The position numbers were made by a program, and so were the translations under genes. Of a stretch of DNA of 64,000 bases, positions 55,846-63,984 are shown piece by piece. The DNA comes from a virus: IMG/VR virus record IMGVR_UViG_3300045988_171958, positions 64,001-128,000 of that record, one strand, 5' to 3'. The notes under the pieces were generated by a model. It was not told the origin of the DNA, ran no database searches, and worked only from the letters and a program-made list of their open reading frames with translations. Positions within the stretch are counted from its first letter, which is position 1. Every line of letters begins with the position of its first letter.

Positions 55846-57333
55846 ATGGGTTTGCTTGATACATTAAAGACTTTGGTAGAGGATACTCCGGAAAGTAAAA
55901 AACCTAAACAAACAAATAAGAACAAGTCTTCTGATAGTACTGCTAAGTCAAATAAGGCTGAATTAGATAAAGTAAAGAAAGATGCATATACACCTAATGG
56001 TATAGATCCATCTGTTAGTGAACCACAATGGGTATTAGCAGATGAAGAAGATGGAACTCATGAATTGATGAAGAACCTTACATGGGCACGAAATCAGCTT
56101 GGTAAAGAGATACTTGAATCATTTTTAGAGTATGATGAAAGAAACATTAAGGGTGGACATGAATATCATAATTTGTTAGAAGAAGAATTTGATGTCAACC
56201 AAGACCTTTCTTTAAAATATGATAATGAAGCTTATTGTGAAGAAGAGAAAAACTACCAAGAAAATAAAGTTGGGGCCACTAATTGGGTGGATCCAGATAA
56301 ATCTATAGGTGATCTTGTTGTTGAATGGATGAAGACTGGACACTTCACTGGATCATCTGATTTAGGTTCTTTTGGCTTGGATTTTTCTGGCGGTGTTGTC
56401 GGAAACTGGGATTTAGGAAAATCTATCAATCATTTAGTAAGTGCTTCTCATGAAAAGTCCACACACAGATGTGCTAGATATGTGAGAGAAGCTATAGAAG
56501 CTGGTGGACTTTCTTTAGTTGGTCATCCGGAAAATGCCATAGAATATGTAAAATTTCTACCATCGGTTGGATTCAAACATATAAAGCTTATAAAATATGA
56601 TGGACCTTATAAGACATATATGAGAGAAGCAATGCCTGGTGATATAGCCGTTATGGCAAATCCAAAAGGAGGAGCTGGACATATATGTATGTATACAGGT
56701 AAACAGTGGATATCAGATTTCAGACAACCAAGAGCTTGGGTATATGGAGGACAATGTGGTCTTCTATATATATTTAGATATACAGCAATTACACAAGGAA
56801 TAAAAATGGGAAATCTTTCAGCAGGAGCATCTGGTGTAAGCCAAGAAATGTTCAACGCAATATGTCATTTTGAAACTGGACATAGTTATGGTTATCAAAT
56901 GACACCTAAGGATTTGAATGGATATGGACATGACAAAGGACATAAGACTTATGGTTATGGTTTGTTAGTTCATCCAAATGGAAAATACATGGATCAGATA
57001 AAACCAAGGTGGACTCAGCGAGAATTAGAGGCATTATATGTTACTCATGTTCAACAGTTCAGTTCTAAAGTCAGAAATTGGGCTAGTTCTCATGGTTTGC
57101 AATTAGCACAAAATCAAATAGATGCATTGACTTGTGCTACATTCAATTTTGGTCCTGGATTCTTGACACTATCTAGATATAAAGTATGTGCTTTAATAGC
57201 AAGTCATGCACCTATGAGGACTATTTGGGCTACTTGGTCAACATTGTCAGATCATAGAGGATTAGCTGGTTTGAAGAAACGTCGTAGATGGGAAGCAAAC
57301 TGGTATATTGGAAAGAAAACACCTCTCCCATAA
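55846..57333 (+). CDS. two-domain peptidoglycan hydrolase (papain-fold CHAP/NlpC-P60-like peptidase + GH24 lysozyme); virion-associated lysin candidate
   Basis: THRCARYV...GDIAVM...GHICMYTG supplies a Cys/His pair. C-terminal FETGHSYGY...KTYGYGLL...ATFNFGPG is GH24-like. The track start 55840 is a TTG; the first ATG is at 55846. Confidence 0.7.
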   Translation: MGLLDTLKTLVEDTPESKKPKQTNKNKSSDSTAKSNKAELDKVKKDAYTPNGIDPSVSEPQWVLADEEDGTHELMKNLTWARNQLGKEILESFLEYDERNIKGGHEYHNLLEEEFDVNQDLSLKYDNEAYCEEEKNYQENKVGATNWVDPDKSIGDLVVEWMKTGHFTGSSDLGSFGLDFSGGVVGNWDLGKSINHLVSASHEKSTHRCARYVREAIEAGGLSLVGHPENAIEYVKFLPSVGFKHIKLIKYDGPYKTYMREAMPGDIAVMANPKGGAGHICMYTGKQWISDFRQPRAWVYGGQCGLLYIFRYTAITQGIKMGNLSAGASGVSQEMFNAICHFETGHSYGYQMTPKDLNGYGHDKGHKTYGYGLLVHPNGKYMDQIKPRWTQRELEALYVTHVQQFSSKVRNWASSHGLQLAQNQIDALTCATFNFGPGFLTLSRYKVCALIASHAPMRTIWATWSTLSDHRGLAGLKKRRRWEANWYIGKKTPLP

Positions 57334-57354
57334 AATTTAGTTATATGCAATATT

Positions 57355-58995
57355 ATGGATTTCAATAGTTGTATGCCTGCCCAAGAAGTATTGTTGACAA
57401 TGGCTATTAATGATATGTCATCAATATCTATACTTGGGTGTGATGATATAAAATATGACACCTCTTGTTTAGAAGTGGCATGGAGTTATGATGGTATCAA
57501 TTGGTCATGCTTTGCTTCTTATAATGATGCAGAAAAGGTATTAGTTGATAGTCCATCTGATTTCTATATAAAGTTTAAAGTAAATGGTATTGTTAATGAT
57601 GTAAAAGATGGTGATGAAAGTGTAGACTATACTACATCGATTGCCTCTGGCATCTCATCACCATCTTGTGAATCATCTAGCAAATACAATCCTTATGCCG
57701 GTCTTACTTCTGCTATAGCTTTACAACAATCATTGTCGGATAGTGTTGCTTGTATGATTGGTATACCTATATATTATTTCAAACTTAAACCTGATTCTGG
57801 TTCTAAAGATATCACATTCAAAGAATATACTCTTATGAATGTAGAATCAGTAAAGCAGATAAAGCTTATAGTAAATGAAGGTCAGATGCCAAGCAGCAAA
57901 CCAGAATTTTCTGATTTTGGATTAGATTGGCAAACTGATTGGGAAACTGAGATAAGCAAGACGATGTTTGCTACAGCTTTTGGAATTACTGCTCAACCAA
58001 TGGAAGGTGATTTGATATATGTTCCAATGATGAAGAGAATGTGGATGGTCAATGAATCTTATGAAGAAAAGAATGGTTCATTGATGTGGAACAATACCAC
58101 ATTCAAATTGTCATTAGTAAAATATCAAGAAAAAGGTTCTGTTGATTTAGGAGATTTTGATTCTACTATAGATAGCTTGGTAAAGACAAAGTATGAAGAT
58201 TTGTTTGGTGATAAAGAAGGATTAGATAGTGGAGAAGAAACAACGGAAGCACCAACATATTCTGGAAACGGTATGTATCCTGTATATGAATCTGATTCCT
58301 GTAGGAAGTATGTTACTTCAGAAGGTACAAACTTTGTGGATACAAATATCTATCAAAGAGGAACATTGATAAGTGACAGATGTTACAAATTTGATCCATC
58401 ACTTCTATATCAGTTTAAGAATAAGATAGTATATCAAAGAAAATATTGTGGAGATGAAGGTAGTACAAGCATTATTGTTGGTTTGAATGGAATGTATGAT
58501 TATGATTCTGAACTCATAAAGATAGGCCATATCATATTGAGATTGAAAATGACAAACAGAAGAATCAAAGTAAGCTTAGATAATGTAGAAGATTGTTCTG
58601 TATACTTACCTAAGCAAGATGCCAATATTACTGACAATCATTATTTCATATATTTAAGATGGTCTAAATCTAGAAATGTAGTGGAATTAGGAGTATCAGA
58701 ATATTCTTACAATGAAAATGTTCCTCTATATAAGCTACAACCAGCACATTACAAGTTTAACTTAGATAATTTGACAGCGCATAAAGTAGCAAAGTGGAAT
58801 ATAGAAATGGTAGAAGATGAAAAGCAAGATGTAATGATAAATGGTTTACCTGGAACAGTTACTAACTTCAAACTTTTTGATTCTTATATAGATAATGTAT
58901 CAGAACTACTGCAACAGTATCCTACAAGTCAGCATCTTATGATAAATGATACAGCTAGAAAGATAATAGATATGCAAGGAAGTGGAAGTGCATAA
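57355..58995 (+). CDS. hypothetical structural protein, 546 aa
   Basis: ORF following the lysin gene. Confidence 0.65.
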   Translation: MDFNSCMPAQEVLLTMAINDMSSISILGCDDIKYDTSCLEVAWSYDGINWSCFASYNDAEKVLVDSPSDFYIKFKVNGIVNDVKDGDESVDYTTSIASGISSPSCESSSKYNPYAGLTSAIALQQSLSDSVACMIGIPIYYFKLKPDSGSKDITFKEYTLMNVESVKQIKLIVNEGQMPSSKPEFSDFGLDWQTDWETEISKTMFATAFGITAQPMEGDLIYVPMMKRMWMVNESYEEKNGSLMWNNTTFKLSLVKYQEKGSVDLGDFDSTIDSLVKTKYEDLFGDKEGLDSGEETTEAPTYSGNGMYPVYESDSCRKYVTSEGTNFVDTNIYQRGTLISDRCYKFDPSLLYQFKNKIVYQRKYCGDEGSTSIIVGLNGMYDYDSELIKIGHIILRLKMTNRRIKVSLDNVEDCSVYLPKQDANITDNHYFIYLRWSKSRNVVELGVSEYSYNENVPLYKLQPAHYKFNLDNLTAHKVAKWNIEMVEDEKQDVMINGLPGTVTNFKLFDSYIDNVSELLQQYPTSQHLMINDTARKIIDMQGSGSA

Positions 58996-59017
58996 TTTTT
59001 AAAAAATCCTATAAAAA

Positions 59018-59047
59018 TTTGAAATTAAATTATTCTTTTCTATTTTA
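59018..59047 (+). promoter_or_regulatory. promoter (TTTGAAATTA-N-TTCTATTTTA)
   Basis: TTTG at 59018-59021, a 19-nt spacer, then TATTTTATCTTTG. Confidence 0.55.
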
Positions 59048-59070
59048 TCTTTGAACAAAAAATAATAATT

Positions 59071-59361
59071 ATGGGACAGTTTAGAGATATGTTTATGAAT
59101 ATCAAAGGTGCAGTAACAGATAATTTGGGAAATATTGTAGTTCCAGGTGAACTTGTAGGTTTCCGTAAGACAATTGCTGGAAATGGAGTATTCATCTATG
59201 GTAAATATGATTATCTTGAGGATGGTAAGCTGCATATCATTACTTTTGGATTCAAGACTGATTTACTTAATGATCCAGAAGAATTGAAAAAGAAAATAAA
59301 AGGAGAATATAGAATCAAAGAGAATTCTAAGTTCTATAAAGTAGTTAAGAAAACTGATTAA
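59071..59361 (+). CDS. hypothetical protein, 96 aa
   Basis: ORF. Confidence 0.55.
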   Translation: MGQFRDMFMNIKGAVTDNLGNIVVPGELVGFRKTIAGNGVFIYGKYDYLEDGKLHIITFGFKTDLLNDPEELKKKIKGEYRIKENSKFYKVVKKTD

Positions 59362-59403
59362 TCCAATTTATTTTTAATCAAATATATTTTATGTAGAATT
59401 TGA

Positions 59404-60039
59404 ATGAGTAAAACTGGATGGAAAAAGGTTGATAAAGAAAATCCTGAATGGAATGACATTGATACAATGTTGAATGAGTCTGATCCAGTTTTGACTGATG
59501 ATCCAGATGAAGAGCTTGAAATGCCTAAGCTTGATCTTGACTTGGAAAAAGTAGAATCTGAATCAGCAACACAAGCTCAGTTCATAGTAGAACGTCTTTC
59601 GGGATATTATTTTGATGCAAAGTATGTTGATGAACATCCTTATATTGTTTGTAAGATACAAACAGAAATGCAAAGTATAAGGAGACTTCTCAAGATGCTC
59701 ACAATAAATGAGAAAGCTCAGGATAGCATCATAATGGCCATAGCATTGTCCATGTCAAAGTCAACATTATATCAGTCTCTTACATCATTACAAAATTCTA
59801 CTTTATCTATACAAAAGCAACTTGATGATGTTGTTACTAAACTAGAAGATATATTCAGAATGATGCAAGAGGAATGCCAAAAATCATTCGAGGAAAAAGA
59901 TAAAGAAGATGATGGTAATGGTAAGATGGTAATAAAAGGTTCTAGAGAGTTTATTGAAGAAATGACAGCACGCTTAAATCAAAGAAAATACACAACCACA
60001 ACTACTAATAAAACTAATGAAGGTCAAGCAACAGCTTGA
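59404..60039 (+). CDS. acidic coiled-coil protein, 211 aa
   Basis: ORF with an acidic N-terminal third and helical heptad-like middle. Confidence 0.6.
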   Translation: MSKTGWKKVDKENPEWNDIDTMLNESDPVLTDDPDEELEMPKLDLDLEKVESESATQAQFIVERLSGYYFDAKYVDEHPYIVCKIQTEMQSIRRLLKMLTINEKAQDSIIMAIALSMSKSTLYQSLTSLQNSTLSIQKQLDDVVTKLEDIFRMMQEECQKSFEEKDKEDDGNGKMVIKGSREFIEEMTARLNQRKYTTTTTNKTNEGQATA

Positions 60040-60046
60040 CCTTTTG
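60021..60046 (+). terminator. intrinsic terminator overlapping the stop codon
   Basis: Hairpin AGGTCAAGC-AACA-GCTTGACCT followed by TTTT. Confidence 0.7.
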
Positions 60047-60055
60047 TTTATTAAT

Positions 60056-60676
60056 TTATATGCATGTCCAAATCTCTCTTATCTTATTGAATTCATTATA
60101 AGGAAGTGTCCAATATCCGTTTCTTCCATAGCTTCTACCCCAACTGTTTCTGATAATGAAACCATTCTTATCATATCCAACAACTGCAACACAATGACTT
60201 CCTTCTAACTCTGCTCCATTCCAAAAGTCATTTCTTGAACTATCATATACAGGTAATGCTATCAATACTGGCCCATTGCATAATATTGCTTGCTTCAATA
60301 TTTGTTCACTTCCTATCATTGCAAAGTCATGTATCTTAATAGTTCCAACATTTGATTTGATACCGTGTGTTCTTGCTAATGACAATGCTTCTTTGATAGA
60401 CATACCATTATCATGACCCTTATTTGATCTTGCATTATATATTTGCTTCAAATCAATATTGTTGTCTTTCTTTGAAGTCTTCAACTTCATATCAGTAATC
60501 CAATTCAAAAAGCATGCAAGAGCATGGGTGACACACATGTTTGTAGAACCTTGATCTGTTATTGGGCTAAGATAATTTACAAAGCTATATTCATCAGGAA
60601 TCTTATTAGTTAAATTCTTAGTGATCTTCTTATCATGAGCATCAATTTTCGATGCATTGCAACCTAACATTCTCAT
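60056..60676 (-). CDS. papain-like (C1 family) cysteine peptidase
   Basis: QGSTNMCVTHALACF (Gln/Cys), GSHCVAVVGYD (His) and IRNSWGRSYGRNGYW (Asn-Ser-Trp) occur in the canonical order. Confidence 0.8.
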   Translation of the reverse strand: MRMLGCNASKIDAHDKKITKNLTNKIPDEYSFVNYLSPITDQGSTNMCVTHALACFLNWITDMKLKTSKKDNNIDLKQIYNARSNKGHDNGMSIKEALSLARTHGIKSNVGTIKIHDFAMIGSEQILKQAILCNGPVLIALPVYDSSRNDFWNGAELEGSHCVAVVGYDKNGFIIRNSWGRSYGRNGYWTLPYNEFNKIREIWTCI

Positions 60677-60710
60677 GATTATTAATAAAGTATATATAGT
60701 TAAAAATTAG

Positions 60711-61061
60711 ATGAAAAGAAATCTCACACAAATGCAAGCCACGGTAATCACTTGGATGATAATGATTGCTATGATATTGTCATTCTTCTTCATGTCTTGT
60801 AGTTCACCAAAGCAAGTTGACAATACAACAATGCAATATGAACTTGATACATTAGTTGACAGACATTTTATAGATAGTGTATGTGTCGCAGATACATTAG
60901 CAAGATATCCTGTAGAATGGATATACTCACCAATGAGAGGATATGATACAAAGAAAGACATATCAACTTATGGGTGGATGAAGTCAAGCAACTGGACATT
61001 TTATAGAATAATCAAATATGAAGATGGCACTTATAGGTTAACAAAAAGAACTATACGATAA
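60711..61061 (+). CDS. putative lipoprotein, about 116 aa
   Basis: Signal-like MIMIAMILSFFFMSC followed by SSPKQ, i.e. a lipobox-like FMSC. The true start may be an internal Met. Confidence 0.5.
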   Translation: MKRNLTQMQATVITWMIMIAMILSFFFMSCSSPKQVDNTTMQYELDTLVDRHFIDSVCVADTLARYPVEWIYSPMRGYDTKKDISTYGWMKSSNWTFYRIIKYEDGTYRLTKRTIR

Positions 61062-61079
61062 TAAAAATTCTCCAGGATG

Positions 61080-61165
61080 GCGCCTGGGTCACACAGGGAG
61101 CGGAAAAGTATTTAAGAGTATAAATTATAACCTAAGAAAATTTTCTACTTCCTGTGTGACTTTTT
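61080..61165 (+). repeat. GC-rich structured element, copy D
   Basis: GCGCCTGGGTCACACAGGGAGCGGAAAAG...CCTGTGTGACTTTTT. It has the same architecture as copy A and is followed by the same promoter type. Confidence 0.7.
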
Positions 61166-61177
61166 GTTTAAATAAAA

Positions 61178-61207
61178 TTTGAAATTTCCTATCATTATTC
61201 TATTTTA
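61178..61207 (+). promoter_or_regulatory. promoter (TTTGAAATTT-N-TTCTATTTTA)
   Basis: TTTG at 61178-61181, a 19-nt spacer, then TATTTTA. Confidence 0.55.
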
Positions 61208-61269
61208 TACTCGAACAAAAAAAAATAATAATTAATAACATCACTGAAGTGATATTAAGAACTGAAGTT

Positions 61270-61833
61270 ATGAGTTATACATATAAATACGTACATTACG
61301 CAGTAACAGTAGATAATGTAATCTTCAATTTGAAGGATCCAAATAATCCTAAGGTGTTGCTCATCACTCGTAAGAATGAACCATTCAAAGGAAAGTTAGC
61401 ACTTCCTGGTGGATTCTTAGATCCAGATGACAGATCTGCAATGTCCGCTGCTATCCGTGAACTTAAGGAAGAGACAAACTTAAGCTTGAGTTATATGTTT
61501 CAAGTTTGTGCTCTTACTAAAGAAGGAAGAGATCCACGAGAGAGATGCATTTCTATTGTATATGCAGATACTGTTCATGATGATTTTGAAGGTCTGATTA
61601 AGGCGCAAGATGATGCATCAACAGTACAATGGGTATCATTAGTAGGTCTAAGAAAAGATGATTTAGCATTTGATCATGCTACTGCTATCTGGAAATCTAT
61701 CCAAGAATTGTTTGATGATGAGTCAAATTGCATTTCATTGTTTGATATCAAAGAAGAACAGTATCAACACACAAAGATGCTTCTTGATACAATAAAATTC
61801 AATTTAGGCCAAACTTTTTTACCAATATTTTGA
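61270..61833 (+). CDS. Nudix hydrolase
   Basis: Nudix box GGFLDPDDRSAMSAAIRELKEETNL. The track start 61249 is a GTG; the first ATG is at 61270. Confidence 0.85.
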   Translation: MSYTYKYVHYAVTVDNVIFNLKDPNNPKVLLITRKNEPFKGKLALPGGFLDPDDRSAMSAAIRELKEETNLSLSYMFQVCALTKEGRDPRERCISIVYADTVHDDFEGLIKAQDDASTVQWVSLVGLRKDDLAFDHATAIWKSIQELFDDESNCISLFDIKEEQYQHTKMLLDTIKFNLGQTFLPIF

Positions 61834-61857
61834 AATTTTAGAAGTTGTTTCTATATG
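61829..61857 (+). promoter_or_regulatory. promoter (TTTGAAATTT-N-TTCTATATG)
   Basis: TTTG at 61829-61832 and TTCTATATG at 61849-61857. Overlaps the Nudix stop codon. Confidence 0.45.
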
Positions 61858-61890
61858 TTAGAACTTCATACTTCAGTTCAGCTAAAGTTA

Positions 61891-61948
61891 ACTAAAGTTA
61901 ACAGGAAATAAAAGTTTGAATTTTAATTCAACTTTTCTATATTAGATA
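61891..61948 (+). repeat. 58-nt exact repeat, copy 2 (contains a promoter)
   Basis: Identical to 9547-9604. Confidence 0.9.
61915..61944 (+). promoter_or_regulatory. promoter (TTTGAATTTT-N-TTCTATATTA)
   Basis: TTTG at 61915-61918, a 19-nt spacer, then TATATTA. Confidence 0.55.
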
Positions 61949-61981
61949 TGTTAATTTAATAATGAACATTTAAAAATTTTT

Positions 61982-62374
61982 ATGATTATGATGAATTCAA
62001 ATACAGTAAACAATTTCAACTTAAGTGCTCCAACTTCTATTGCATTCCGTTTCTTACAGGTACACAACCAGTTAGAGCACAACATGAAGAACTTGACAAA
62101 TGAAGCTCTCAAAAGTGTAATTTATGAGATTGTTTGTAAGATTTATAAGTCTTATGTAAACATGGGTTACAAAGAAGAGAACACTCCACAGTATCTTGAT
62201 ATTGCAGATACATTGTTTGAATACATTACTAATCAGAAAGTTTTCTTAAATCAATTAGTAGATGTATTAGATAAGAATCATCATGACTATGACATTATGA
62301 AGTATTGTGCTTTAGTTCTGAGTTCTACTGAGTACATTCTTGGAACTGATACTCTTGATGAACCAGAAGACTAA
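61982..62374 (+). CDS. hypothetical protein, 130 aa
   Basis: ORF. Confidence 0.6.
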   Translation: MIMMNSNTVNNFNLSAPTSIAFRFLQVHNQLEHNMKNLTNEALKSVIYEIVCKIYKSYVNMGYKEENTPQYLDIADTLFEYITNQKVFLNQLVDVLDKNHHDYDIMKYCALVLSSTEYILGTDTLDEPED

Positions 62375-62390
62375 TTTAATATTAAATGAC

Positions 62391-62669
62391 ATGACTGTAA
62401 AAGAAACTTTAGATGTAATATCTGAATTGATTGATTGCCAGATATTAGATGGATTTGCATTTACCACAGTAAAATATCTACATACAGATGAAAATGCTGT
62501 TATCTTATCTGATCTTGCCACTGATGTTCGCGATTGGGTTAATAATGGTCATGAAGATGCAACTCCTGAAGAAGTAGCAAAAGAATGGTGTATGGCTCCA
62601 GTCACATTTAAGGATTTTATTGAGAATTTCCAAAAAGTAAACTGGAAGGATATATTTATTTTTATTTAA
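62391..62669 (+). CDS. hypothetical protein, about 92 aa
   Basis: The first ATG after the previous stop, in the frame of track ORF 62340..62669. Confidence 0.5.
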   Translation: MTVKETLDVISELIDCQILDGFAFTTVKYLHTDENAVILSDLATDVRDWVNNGHEDATPEEVAKEWCMAPVTFKDFIENFQKVNWKDIFIFI

Positions 62670-62686
62670 ATTTTATTTGTACATAA

Positions 62687-62938
62687 ATGAAGACATTAGT
62701 AGAAATTCTTGAAGGAAAATCAATCAAGCTTTCTCAAGCATATAACAGATTAGCAGGTATGGATCCTAAGCAAAAACTTGGATTCTATGATGAGTACTCA
62801 GATCCTAAGAAAGAATATACAGTAGAAACATTCAGAAATGACCTTAGAGGTGTCATTGACATTGTTGGTGATGTTGATATCAATGAAATCACCAATAAGG
62901 AAGCTAAGAAGTACCTTATTAATTTGATGAATAAATAA
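62687..62938 (+). CDS. hypothetical protein, 83 aa, with an MKTLVEILEG leader; paralogue of 63167..63415
   Basis: C-terminal ...YTVETFRNDLRGVIDIVGDVDINEI..AKKYLINLMNK aligns with the paralogue. Confidence 0.6.
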   Translation: MKTLVEILEGKSIKLSQAYNRLAGMDPKQKLGFYDEYSDPKKEYTVETFRNDLRGVIDIVGDVDINEITNKEAKKYLINLMNK

Positions 62939-62953
62939 ATCGAAAAATGTTTG

Positions 62954-63157
62954 ATGTTTCTTAAATTACCAGAAAAGATATCACAAACAAAAAGATCACA
63001 TTACAATAAGAACAAACATAGCAAAATTGCGTTTTCTTCTAAAGAGGACGCAATTTTATTTTTATATAAACAAAAGAATGATGACTTAGAACCATATTAT
63101 TGTAATTATTGCAATAAGTGGCATGTCGGACATAAAAATAAAAATCAAACTAAATAA
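62954..63157 (+). CDS. small basic CxxC protein, about 67 aa
   Basis: ORF with YYCNYCNKWHVGH. The track start 62951 is a TTG. Confidence 0.5.
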   Translation: MFLKLPEKISQTKRSHYNKNKHSKIAFSSKEDAILFLYKQKNDDLEPYYCNYCNKWHVGHKNKNQTK

Positions 63158-63166
63158 CATATAGAT

Positions 63167-63415
63167 ATGAAATCTCTTAATGAATTCTTAATAAAAGAAG
63201 AAAAATCAATGATACAATTGGCTGATGCTGTAGACAAGTTAAATGAACTTGGTAAAAAGAGCATTCCAGCTAAGAGAGATCGGGATGACAAACAATATAC
63301 AGCTGATGAGTTAGCTAATGACTTGCAAGTTGTTATTGACTTATGTGGTAATATTGATATTGATGACTTAATTGGTATTAAAGTAAAGAATTATTTAAAA
63401 ACATTGTTTAAATAA
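63167..63415 (+). CDS. hypothetical protein, 82 aa, with an MKSLNEFLIKEE leader
   Basis: Paralogue of 62687..62938 (...YTADELANDLQVVIDLCGNIDIDDL..VKNYLKTLFK). Confidence 0.6.
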   Translation: MKSLNEFLIKEEKSMIQLADAVDKLNELGKKSIPAKRDRDDKQYTADELANDLQVVIDLCGNIDIDDLIGIKVKNYLKTLFK

Positions 63416-63450
63416 AAAGAATGAGGAAGACTTAAGTCTTCCTCATTTTG
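63414..63450. terminator. bidirectional terminator between convergent genes
   Basis: Palindrome ATGAGGAAGACTT/AAGTCTTCCTCAT flanked by an A-run and a T-run. Confidence 0.8.
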
Positions 63451-63688
63451 TATTGCTTCTCAATATATCTTTTACTTTATTCAAAACTGTCTTATTAGGA
63501 CAATCTTCTCCTGCTCTGTTCATATAGAATACAAGTCTTTTCATTGCTTGACCTTCTGAATCTGAAGCATCTAACAATATTTGAGCTATTTCTCTAGGGT
63601 TTGTTTTAGTAAACAAACCATCAGGTGGATCCCATTTACCTTCTATATCAGATAGCTTTTCATTTACAAATTCACTTAATTTTTTCAT
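63443..63688 (-). CDS. small protein, 81 aa, with an MKKLSEFVNE leader; the body is DUF3175-like (from memory)
   Basis: ...WDPPDGLFTKTNPREIAQILL...AMKRLVFYMNRAGEDCPNKTVLNKVKDIL. Confidence 0.55.
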   Translation of the reverse strand: MKKLSEFVNEKLSDIEGKWDPPDGLFTKTNPREIAQILLDASDSEGQAMKRLVFYMNRAGEDCPNKTVLNKVKDILRSNTK

Positions 63689-63696
63689 ATTGTATT

Positions 63697-63984
63697 TTAT
63701 TTAAATAAATCTTGTTCTTCAAAAGCAAGTGCTGTCTTGGCAGTCTTTTCTTTCTTTTTCTTTTCTTCTATCTTTGGTTTCTTCTTATATACAAAGTCAA
63801 CTATTCTTTGATCTATATGTACACAATTTTCTAAAGGAATTTCTTCTATACTATAAGACCATTTCTGTTCTTTGTACATTTTGATACGTTGCAAACCTTG
63901 TAGATATATCTTATTGCTAGCTATCTTAGGATCAAATTGATCTGTAACATCATATAGCTCATAAACATCTTTCATATCTGACAA
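63697..63984 (-). CDS. hypothetical protein (about 92-95 aa, or longer; the frame stays open to the window edge)
   Basis: ORF. The track start is a TTG, an ATG lies at 63975, and there is no in-frame stop between 63984 and 64000. Confidence 0.45.
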   Translation of the reverse strand: MSDMKDVYELYDVTDQFDPKIASNKIYLQGLQRIKMYKEQKWSYSIEEIPLENCVHIDQRIVDFVYKKKPKIEEKKKKEKTAKTALAFEEQDLFK

